From Octopus bimaculoides (lineage: Eukaryota), in the NCBI RefSeq assembly GCF_001194135.2, contig NC_068982.1, positions 27,754,769 through 27,818,768 of the forward strand: 64,000 bases of DNA, written 5' to 3'. The translations under genes were made by a program, and so were the position numbers. Each line of letters opens with the position of its first letter. Within the stretch, counting starts at the first letter, position 1. The notes below the pieces were generated by a model. It did no database searches, had not been told where the DNA came from, and worked only from the letters and a program-made list of their open reading frames with translations. Shown here one piece after another: positions 26,686 through 38,600 of this stretch.

Positions 26686-29600
26686 CATAGCATTTTTTAA
26701 ATATCGATTTTTTTTTTTATCCCTAAATATTTAAGCCAGAGCAGATTATCTGATTCCAGATATTAATATCCCCTGCCAAACTTCTGGTCTTAACTTTCTT
26801 AAATTCATTATTTACTTCTGCTGTTTCCATCAATGTAAATGTTTCTGTAACAAATGGCATTTAATCCTCTTAAATAAGCACCCATGTTAAACTCCAACTT
26901 ATACATAATGAACAATAGGTCATACAGATTTTTTTCTTCTCCAAATGCTGTAGTCCTTTTATGTCATTGCTTAACAGAATTAGATTTTATATCTAGAGAA
27001 ATACAAAATATTTTTGGCCAGCAAAATAAAATTGGACTTGTTTGAGAAATCTAGTACAATTATGTTGAGTACTTTACATTTTTTGTTTATTATTTCATTC
27101 CATGGAAATATTTTTATAGAAAAAGTTACATACATATAATTTTATATTGAATATGGAAAATATTTAAAAAAATTAAATGTAACTAATGCACAATTTTAGT
27201 TTGGGATTCTAAATGATATTGTTGCCCAGTATTAACAAATTAAGAAAAAAACACAAGACAAGACAAGACAAAATGCACCATACTCCATTAGTTTGAGGAC
27301 ATACCATAACTGTTTAGATTAAGGTTATTGATCAGTGACATATGCAGTGACCAGTTCAACAGGAATTTTAGTGAACGATACACACGTAAGATAATACAAT
27401 ATAGTGATAATGAAGTTACGCTAGACAACATATTAAAGAAATAATTAACAGGCACTAATTCCTTAACAATATGTAATTATAATATTCATACCAAAAAATA
27501 GTGAGCTTTTAGAAGATAATATTGAATTAAAATATAATTTAAAGTATTAGAAGTCTCTAGTTACTGATAAAAGTTGTATTAGTTTGAGAGTTTTTCTGTA
27601 GCAAATTTGATGGCATTTACAGTTATAAATGACTTCTCAAGTTATAGCAAAACTGAATATTTCAAAATAAGCACAATGATTATGAACTTTCTCAGTTGAT
27701 TCTTGAAGGTGTATTTTGACAAAGTTATAGTTAACAAAGTCAAGAAATTATTTTTAAACAATATTCATCAAATTACACACGCTAAGTTTCTTTTTTTTTT
27801 TTCAATCACTTTATTACATTCAATTATTAGAAAAGTAACAAAGCATGTCAGTTAGCATGGATTCTTTTAGTTTATTCAAGGGTGTCAAGATACCAAACAT
27901 TACACAATATTTGGCATAAAATAAAATGTTTCAAAGTCAGGAGGCAGAGGATGTGAGCAGAAAAATATTAAGGGTGTTGGAAGAGGTAACTAGAAGACTG
28001 GATTAAAGAAAAAAAAAAAAATCATGATGTATTTTACTATACATTAGTAAAATGTGTATGCTGTACAGGGAAACTAATTTAGAAAAGAGATTCACTATAT
28101 ATTACAACAATCAGCACTTGCAAAAATCAACCAACATAATATTTTCTACTTTAGGTACAAGGCCTGAAATTGGGGGGGAGGAGCTAGTTGATTACATCTG
28201 ATTTCATTGACCTTGAAAGGATGAAAAGTGAATCTAAACCGTGGCAAAATTTGAACTCAGAATATAAAGAGCTGGAAGAAATGTTACTAATGATTCTGCC
28301 AATTTGCTGTCTTGATAAATGAAAATAATACCATCTCGTCATGAAAAAAATGTATGCTAGATTAAGAGTAATTAAGTTACTGTTGGCAAAATGGTCTAAA
28401 TCTACTCAAAACACCAAAATGTGCCTCTTGGTCTTAAATTTCAGCTTGAAACCCAATTGTTATTCTATTCCTTACTATATTTTCCAGTTACCAATTGAAG
28501 CATTATTTCTGTAGTCACCTTATACCAAACAAGAAATTATAAATAGACAACAATTACTTGGAAAATACATAGCATACTGGATATTGAGTTTTTAAATTTT
28601 TTTGGGGGTGGGGGATTACATCAAGTCAGTTTTTATCCTTGATAAACAGGGTCATATCAGTTCACAATGCACTGCATCAATGACATAAAGTACTAAACCT
28701 TTCAAAACTGGGGCTTTAATTCCCACACTCTTTGGTAAGATCCATTCTCAATACATAACAAATCTTATTCCCATAAAAAAATATATCCTAACATTCAAAT
28801 TACAATTCCATGAATCTGTCTTCAAACAATCTTAGATAAACAAGCCAGATCCCAAACAAAATCTTGTGTGAATGAGCAAAGGAGATATCATTTGCTTATC
28901 GGCTGATGCTATTAAGTTAGACTAGGTCTAGGTCATTACTGGACAAACCCACACTTAATAGAAAAAAAAATAAAAATACTGCATAGCCTTTGACAACATA
29001 AAAAAGTAGTTCACTCTTGATTATAATACGGTTATGAGATAATATGGGTTGATCTATAGAATGTAGAAAATGTTCAATTCTACTGGTGTGTAGTCAACAT
29101 TTAGAGTATGTGATGCAAACCTAAGAAAACTACATATAAAAACTGACAAAAGCATACTCAAAATAAGCAAAAATCAGTGTTTAAGGACACTAATATTGAT
29201 ATACTTTGATTAGCACTCATTACTTAAAAGGAAAACAAATGAAATTGCATATGAAATACAAATCAACAAAATATGAAAAACAAAAAAAAACAACACACAC
29301 TTAAAATGAAAAGTTTTATAAGTTTGATTAAAATACTATTCAATTTATTTTTCAATGTACATTGCAAGGCCAATAAAATAAATCTGTCCCACCTTCGCAA
29401 CCAACAATTAAGTGTTAGCAGTATAATTTTCTCAGAATTAAAATTTGAAGTAAAATATTTGGAAATATTGCTTCATTTTGGGATGTGCCCTGGACATTTT
29501 TATATATCCAGTGATAAAATTAACTGTTTCATAGCTAGATGTTTTTCTTAACAAATACCAAAATTTTAAAACTGAATTTGGTCTAAGCAAGTTGGGGAAA

Positions 29601-32600
29601 TATACCTAGTCTAAAACCTCAAAGCAATGCCGATAACAGAGCTTGATTTAACAGATCAATTATTCAGTACCTTAACTATTCAAGTATTGTACTCAGCAAA
29701 GGATAATTGTATTTTTATTTATTCTTTAAAGGCTTTTGTATCAACATTGAAACTATCAATATTTCATAATTATCATGGTGAAAAGCAAAATACATACAAA
29801 TATCAAACATCTAGTTATTTCAAGTTCAGACAAAAGGTACTGATGTTTAAGTAAATTATAATTATATAATAGTGAATACTTACATTTAAATTAAAATGCA
29901 CTGTGCATGTGCCTGTGTGTGCACAGTCATTATGAGTGTATACATACTATTTGATCCATAAAATACGTACTCAATATCTAACACTTAACATATTTTGAGT
30001 ATGAAACTATAAAAGTTTGAAGTAATCTAACTGTAAAATAATAGCTCCATGAACTTACGTTACCTTAGTCTTTTACTAAGTTATTGAACTGTAACCATAC
30101 TGGGCACAGCATCAAAATTTTTAGTCAAATACATTGATTTCAGAATTCTGGCACTTATTTTATGTACATTGAAGAGAAAGTGGCAAAGCTTGCCTGAGCA
30201 TAAAGGGATTTGACCAGAACATCAAATAGCTATAACCATATATAAGGTGTTTTTGTGTGATGACTTAGCTGTTGCACCAGCCTTACAATTCAACACACAT
30301 AGTGTGTGCATGTGTGTGAGTGCATGCATGTGTGTGTATATATTTATTTTACTGAAGGCTTTGGTAAAAGACACTAAGTCAAGATGTCACACAGTGGGAT
30401 TCAATCAAATGATATGTTAATGAAATGAGCTTCTTAACTACATTACACTGTCTATATATTTAAGAGAAAAACACCCCAGTACTCTTGAAAGCAATACTTT
30501 GAATTTCAAGGTTAATTCTCGAGAGATATTGAATGGAATAATAGTTAGTTTGTGTGTGTGTGTGAGGAGTGAATAAAGTTTAGGTAGGTGTGCACCAATG
30601 GTTGCTCTGGAATTGTGTTGGTAAACATGCTTTGGATATAAAGAAATATTAATTATTAAGTGGCATTTTACTAATATGGGATTTCTAAGACAAAGAATCA
30701 TTTAATCATGCAAAATGGTTGGGGTTTTACATAGGGACAATGTTGGCAAGGACCGTGCAGAAGATGAAAAGGTTTACTTACATTCTCCTATGGATGAAAA
30801 ATGGGGCAGAAATTATCACATGAATTAAATTATTAGCACAAATTGATTTGTCCCACATCAATAATATTTAAAGAAATGTAATTAGATAAAATATAACACA
30901 AACGGAGAGTATTTTATATAAAACTGTTTTCAATTTTGTCTTGTTTCATTAATTTTTTAAGATGCTAATTAACTAGTACTAATATTCAGAGAAGTGAACC
31001 ATTTCCTATCTTATATAACTTTAAAATTTTTCACTTCCCATTACAGTATTGCAAGACATTTTCTTTAATATTAAATAATTGGCCATTATAACATATGCAC
31101 GCACGCACACACACATAAAAAAAGAGAGAGATTAAGATAGTGTTTCCCAAATATAATCTGATCAAAGAGAGTATTTGAGTGATTAGTAAAACTTATAACT
31201 TCCATTGTTCATCAATGTTTTCTTTTTGTTTAGGTCTAATACTACAACAATCTACGTTCTTCAAACATCACCCAATTACTCATCAATACATTGCAGTAGC
31301 CATTCACTTTATTTGAATAAATCCCTCCTGCCAATATTTACATTAAATAACGTACATCCTGTACAAACCTTAATCCTTTTAGAATTAATCCCACTTCTGT
31401 CCCAAATATAAAATATTTATCCCCCAAAATTAACACACACTATATAAATAAGTTCAGTTAAATGAAAGTGGATTAAAAGAAGCAGTCAACTTTCTTGTAA
31501 AGAGTGCTCTCTAATTAAAGTTGTGTGCGAAAGGAACAACATGACTTCAAAGAAAGTCTACATCCAATACGAGAACACAATGATGATTACCATCCTTAAT
31601 AAGAGAATATTAAATAAAATCCCGAATGAAAATTCATCAGAACTCAAAATAAAAAAGGAAAAAAAGGTCACATGAAATATAAAATATCAAAATTCATGCT
31701 TTTGAATTCATTCTTAATGAAGCTGGAGTGTAAGCATAAGCATCTTGTGTAAAATGGTATATTAATAGCTGGCAAACATTTCACTAATCCTAATTAAACT
31801 ATTACAATCCTCTAGACATCATTCTTTTAAAAACAGCTTGTCTCTCAGTGCATAAGTGAAAATTCTCAGATTAATAGCTTTATTTCTAAAGTTGTTGCAG
31901 TTCCATTAAATTTTGTATTGTAAAATATTGACAAAATATTTGAGCTATTTACATTTCTACCATTACAGACTGATACTCAGTAGTTCTCCGTTTTGCATGT
32001 CTTAGAATACATGTTGCTTGAATAAGCCTACAGGTTTGAAGTCATTAGCATAAAGTGTCAGCTGGTTAAGACAGTTGACACCAATGCCTTCCATTTCTGG
32101 CATAAAATTAAAACACTCTAACCTTCAAGTTAAAGAAGGTTTAAACATAAATTTACATGTATTTTAAGTGACTCACAAAATAAATTTTCAGTGATGCAGC
32201 AGTGCTAATAACATATAGTAAGAAATATCAGAGTGTTTTATAGCTAGACATCTTTTAGTAATGCCAAGTATATTACAGTAAAATAGGAATGATATCTATT
32301 TTTTTTATTTTGTTAGACACTGAAAATCTATAACATACTGGACAAGGTGACACATCCATGTTAGTATTTCAGCTTCTTAACCACTTTTTCTTTATAATAT
32401 AATACAATTAGAGACAATGCAATATTCTAAAAAATACAAACTTTATAAGTGATTTTAGTTCATGGGAGCTGTATACAATACTGATAAAATCAGAACTGCT
32501 CCTATTAAGATATTTGTGGAAGAAAGTTAAAATGTTTACAATAGCTTTACTTTTAGCTATTAGTGTGTTCAGTTACTCAAACACAAACAAAAATGTACAC

Positions 32601-35600
32601 AGTCACCAGAAATTTAGTGGACTACTGTCAACAGATAAGCATCTTTTTGATGCACCTAAAAATCATGACAAGTCTTATTCATATTTTACCTCCTTGCAAG
32701 CTTCACATCTGGAATTTCCTTCCTGCATCCCTCAACTAGCAGCTGTTTAAGTAAAAACATCAACTGCATTAATGTTACTGATCTACCGATCTTGGGGATC
32801 CTGCAGATGCGATGGAGATGGGTCCTCCGGACAAAAATCATAAAAAAGAGAGGCTTGCAAGTCATTAGCGAAACCCACAGATGTTATATATATATATATA
32901 TAGATGTTTATATATAAACTTAGTACTCCTACAGATTCCTTTCTTTCCCAGCAGTTTTATGACAAATTCTTGTTGAATATCTGAACATTTGTTTCTTTCA
33001 ATGTATTTAAACAAAAATTAATGCTCAAACTTAAACAGCAACTACACTACAGACAAGAAAATAAGTGTAGGTAGCAGAAGTATGCAAAGGCAATATATTA
33101 CTGAAAAAAAAGTTCATTAAGTTTATGCAGAAAAAAATAGTAAAAAAGTTAAATTGTATGAAATTTCAATTAAATATTAAAAGCATATATAACCAAATTA
33201 TTTAGATAAAGATGGTAACTTACGTAATTTCTTCTTCTAAGGCAGTTTTGAACAAGCGTAACAAGAGAAATTCTTCTCTAGCATTAGAACCATAGTTAAA
33301 TAGGGAAAATATGACAGACTCCATAAACTTGGTTGTTTTGCTTTGGGGCATTTCAAAAATCAGTTTTGCAAGGTAAGTTGGATTTGTTTGTAACAAATAG
33401 AACAAATGTTGGTAGGCATCCAGTTTTCCACGACTTTCTTTACTCAGGGCCTTCAGTCCCCGAGACATTGCTCCAGTTCGTTCAGCATGTTTTTTCAGTT
33501 TGTGATTGTGAAATACAACATCCTATAAATCAGAAAGAATGTTCAGAGAATTTACAGTTGAAATAAACTCTTATATTTTTGTAATACACACAAAAAAGAC
33601 AAATGTTAAAAAAAGTTATGAACTTATCAGCAAATTCTTTTCTGTGATTCTTTAATTTTAATTCTTTGTAGTAAAATATACCATTTACTGATTTTATTAT
33701 CAAGTTAACTGATACAGAACAGAAAAAGAAAGCCAAAATGATTAAGAACTCTTTCTCTATTGATAGCTTTGTCGAGTTTTTCTGATAACCTCTTTAGTTT
33801 TTCAGGGACCTCCTGCTTTTATAAACTGACATTCTCCATGTCCTGTTTAAATACTCTTACTATTTGTACAGTACATAAACAAAGCACGGACAATATTTCT
33901 GTAATCAACTTTTTAATCATATATCAGGATTAATTACGATACAAATAAAGATTTTGCATATTGGTACAAGTCCAGCAATGTATATTTAGGCTGTCAATTA
34001 CATTCGAGTATCTTTTACCCATAAATTGCTTTATTGACAAGATTTGAACTTTAAATTGAAAGAAATGGAATAATGATTTCTCAGTCACAATACTTCATAT
34101 TTTGGTAGGTGAGTATTAAGGGATTAAATTGACTCTAGAATTTGACTGGTACTTCTTTTATCAGCCACCCATCCCTCATTTTGACCTGAAAGGTGAAAGG
34201 CAATGTTTGAACAGTTTGTAAAGGGATGTATTCAAATACAAGGTATTTTGTCTCCAATACCTTGTTCTTTATAAGTTAATGATAAAATCTAAGAGATAAA
34301 ACATATCTATTGTACAAATTTCAGTTACTTAATCTCAGTAGCAACAGTTTGAGTCTTAAGTGAATACTTCTTGGGGGATTAACTTCTAATTAACAATGGC
34401 TTTAGCCTCCTAGACTGATGAGAAAGATAGTTAATTGAGCGCAGTTAATATTCAAGTGAATTAGAAATAATTACTACAAAGTCAGCTAATTCAGAGAAAA
34501 AGATACTATTAAAAAAGTACAAGAGAAAAGACTAACAGAGTACAAGTGGAAAGATAGATAGAGAGAGAGAGAGAACAAGAATATCTATGAATGAATGCAA
34601 GTTTACCATGAGAACATCTAGAAATGATCATTTCTTACATTTGTAGAGGATAAACAAAAAGTGGTTAGTGAAGGTTCTCCCCCCACCTTTTTTTTTTTTT
34701 TTTGATATATCAACAATTTTGGAGCACTTTGTGAACCTAAGTCCTTTTGTGACCAAATTACTATTGAAATACATTGCCTTTGTTTCAACTAGTGGGAATA
34801 ATGAAAAATATAGAAATGTCATAAACTGCTACTACTAAGCTGGTATCTGGAACATAAATTACTATGGAATTTTACTGTAAAGTTTTAATTTAAAATGCTT
34901 TAACCCTTTAGCATTTAAATCGGCCATATCCGGCCAGAAGTATTCTGCCTATTCTATGTTCAAACTGGCCAGATCTGGTCTCTCACACCAACCCTACAAT
35001 ATCGTTTTAAAAATTAACAGCTACCTCATCAAAATTTCATAGCTACAAGATAATGCATGATTAGTTCAAAACAATGTGGATAGCTTACATGGGGAAACAG
35101 TTGAGAAGTGAAGTTTCTTGTAATGTTTACAAGAGAAAGCTATAAGGCAATAGAAAACTGAGCCATTCTGAAGTTGATAGAGTAGGAGTAACATATTTGG
35201 TGAGCAGCATGAACTGTTATTGGTGTCCAATTCACAATATCCAACACTTTAGTAATTTGCTATTCATCATGCATATAATTTTTAAAATGTTATTCTTACC
35301 TGTAAAGTAATTCTATTTTTAATCAAAAGACCAATTTTAATATCCATTTGATTTAAATCATTTTCCAACTGCTGATTGGAACGAATTTCAGATCCAACTT
35401 GCTGTCTTAACTTTTGTAGTTCTAAAATACAAAAATGAGGAAAATTAGCTTATTTTATTTTATATACATATATAATAGATGCAGGAATGGCTGTGTGATT
35501 AAGAAGTTTGCTTCCCAAACATATGGCTCTGGTCTCAGTCCCACAATATGGCACCTAGGGCAAGTCTTCTGCTATAATCCTGGGCTGACCAAAGCCTTGT

Positions 35601-38600
35601 AAGTGGATTTGGTAGACAGAGCCTGAAAGAAGCCTGTTGTGTATGTATTCCAATATTCTGCAAAAATATGCCTGACTTCAGGGAAATACTACCTTTCTTG
35701 GAAACAGGTGAGGGCATCTGGCTGTAGAAAACCTGCCTCAAACTTTGTTCAATCCATGCAAGTATGGAGAAGTGGATGCTAAAATGATGTTTGTATATAC
35801 ACACAAGTTTCCTTTTCATTTGTTTAAAAAAATTTTCTATGCTGGTATGGGTTAGATGGGGACTTATTTCAGGCAAAATTTTATAACCAAATGCTTTTCC
35901 TGTCATTGTGCTACATAAAAAGCATTGATGTTGATTCCACATAAAAAGCACTGGTGCTACATAAAAAACACTGGTGATGGTGCCATGTACAAAGGATCCA
36001 GTACATTCTGTACAGCTGTTGGCATGATAATGATGAACTGCTTTTCAGGTTAGGCATTATATTAGAACCCTTTTCAAGTTAGGCATTATATTAGAACCAG
36101 TCAACAAAGATAAAACAATTGTGGTGAGTTAGTTTTCAACACCCACTAGCAGTTCACTATCTCAACACAACTTTTTTTGCTCCAAGATCAACAACACTAC
36201 ATGTTGAAAGGAAGAAAAAAAATTCAAGTATGCCTCATTTTTCAACTACCATTTCATATGGATCACATTTCTTCTAGTGTAGGCTATGGTCAAGCCTGAT
36301 TGAACAGAATTATATTGAATGACATTTCATCCATAACCATCATCTTTTTATCTTCAACACAGTACACTCAAAAACATTATCCAATATATCCTTTTATAAA
36401 ATGAAGGGATATCATTTGGAGGATATTTGGCTGTTACTCCTAGTAGATTGAGCAATGACAGAGGCAAAAGGCTTGCTTGCTGCTTTTGAAACTTTTGGAA
36501 GATATGGTTCCCCCCACTGAAAATCTATTCAAAGACATAGTAGATAAGAAACTAATTTTAGAAACCACACAATATGGTGCATACTTATCAATATTTAAAC
36601 CGCATTTATGTGGTAATTTACTATTTTTTAAGAGAATAAATAAATATAAGAAAACTTACCAAGTTCTTCTGCATAATCAGCATCACTAGCATCCAGCAAG
36701 TGTACAAACTTGCGGACAACACTCAAGGGAGGATTATCATCATAAACTAAAAATTTAATTAGAAAAGCAGGAATAAATACAAGGCGTATATTATGCTTTT
36801 TAACATTGGTACAAGATTACAAATCACAGGGAGAGAGATATAATCAAATTTAATTCCCCAGTATCTGACTGGTACTTTAATTACCAGCTTTAGAATTAAT
36901 AAAAAAATTTATGACATGTAGGAACAGGCATGGCTGTGTGGTTAAGTAGCTCACTTCACAACCACATGGTTTCAGGTTCAATCCTACTGCATAGCACCTT
37001 GTGCAAATGTATCCTACTTTAGTCACACACCAACCAATGCCTTGCGGGTGAATTTGGTAGATGGAAACTGTGTGGAAGCCCATATATATATATATATGTG
37101 TGTGTGCATCTGCATTTGACTCTCACCACAGCTTGACAGCCAGCATTGGTTTGTTTATGTCTTGTAACTCAGTGATTTGGCAAAGAGACAAAGAAAATAA
37201 GTACCAGATAAAAAAAAATAAGTATTGGAAATTCAGGTCAATTTGTTTGACTAAACCCTTCAAGGCAATGTCTCTGCATAACTACAGTCCAATGACTGAA
37301 ATACATAAAAGGTAAGACATGTAATAAAAAAAAAAAACAAGAATAGAACAATTGAAAAAAAAAATGACTCCGTGATCAAGAGTTCATATCCCACTCAAGA
37401 CAATTGTGCTTCTTAATTCTCAGATCATAAAACTAAAGTTTAATAGATTAATTACTAGAACTCAATCAAAATTAACTGTGAGAGACAACCCAAAGATCAT
37501 GCTCAGGTAAGTAGAATTAACACACACAATTATAAATAAGTGCAAAGAAAACAAATTTCTTTGCCAATATGCTGAAAAATAGATGCTAAATCATCTAACC
37601 ACATGAAATATTTTGACTTATATTATTACAAGTGAAAATATTTCATGTAGTTAGACAGTCCAGCATCTATTTTTCAGCATATTGGCAAAGAATTTTTTTT
37701 CTTTTTGCCCTTATTTATAATTGTATTTATAATTTTCACCTTAAAAGGTAATTTTCATATGCTGCCCATTGATAAAATTTTTTAATAAAATTTTATCCTT
37801 ATATTAGATATATATATCTTGGTTCAATATACATATTTAGTATATTTTAAGGAAAATCTCTCTAATTTTTTTGAGACTGTTTTTCTACAATTTCAGTACT
37901 GTATGTCATGGATGTATCTAATATACTTACCAAGAGATTTATAATCATGTCTGGCAAGGGTAGATCGAACAAAGGCTTGGATTTTTACAATGGAATTTTC
38001 CTTGAAAAATTAAAAAGGTAAGTTCAGTTTAATTCATATGTAAATGCAAAAGTGAAAATCAAACCAAAATACAATAGCCTATGTCAAAGAACAAAAACAT
38101 TACAAACAGGTTTCTTCAAAAGACAAAAAAATGAGTTCATTTTAGCCTAACTACAACCAAATGAGTGAAATATTGGCCAAAATACTTACTTTCATGGAAT
38201 ATATATAATTAAATGGTAGTTATATATATATACAGATACTATTATGGAATAGAGTATGTTACTATAGAAAATTTTAGATATTAAGTTTCTTTGCTCCAGT
38301 AAGTCATATTTGATGATTAATCATTTAAGAATAATAGTTAAGGTTGCCAGTTTTGGCTGTGTAGTGAAGAAGCACATTTTTTGTCGGGTTTGATCAAAAT
38401 GTGTGATGCCTTTGACTAGTTCTTCAACTATAACCTTGTGTCAACCCAAACCTTGTCAGTGAAATTAGGTTAGCAAAAATTGTGAGTTCCTGTCAAAATG
38501 TTTAACAGGGTCTATGAGCAAATATTTTGAAAAGTAAACCGCATGAGACATGGATCATTATCAGATGAGTTGCACTACTAAAAAAATTCAAGGAAATTTT

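Noticed and set aside
27791-28010. Minus-strand AATAAA followed by A12, suggesting a retrocopy or nested transcript end
   Set aside because: Only 7 nt between hexamer and A-run, no TSD and no ORF; A/T runs are common here.
30059-30088. 30-nt segment before a GTAAGT donor
   Set aside because: No pyrimidine tract, in-frame TAG, and it adjoins a SINE remnant.
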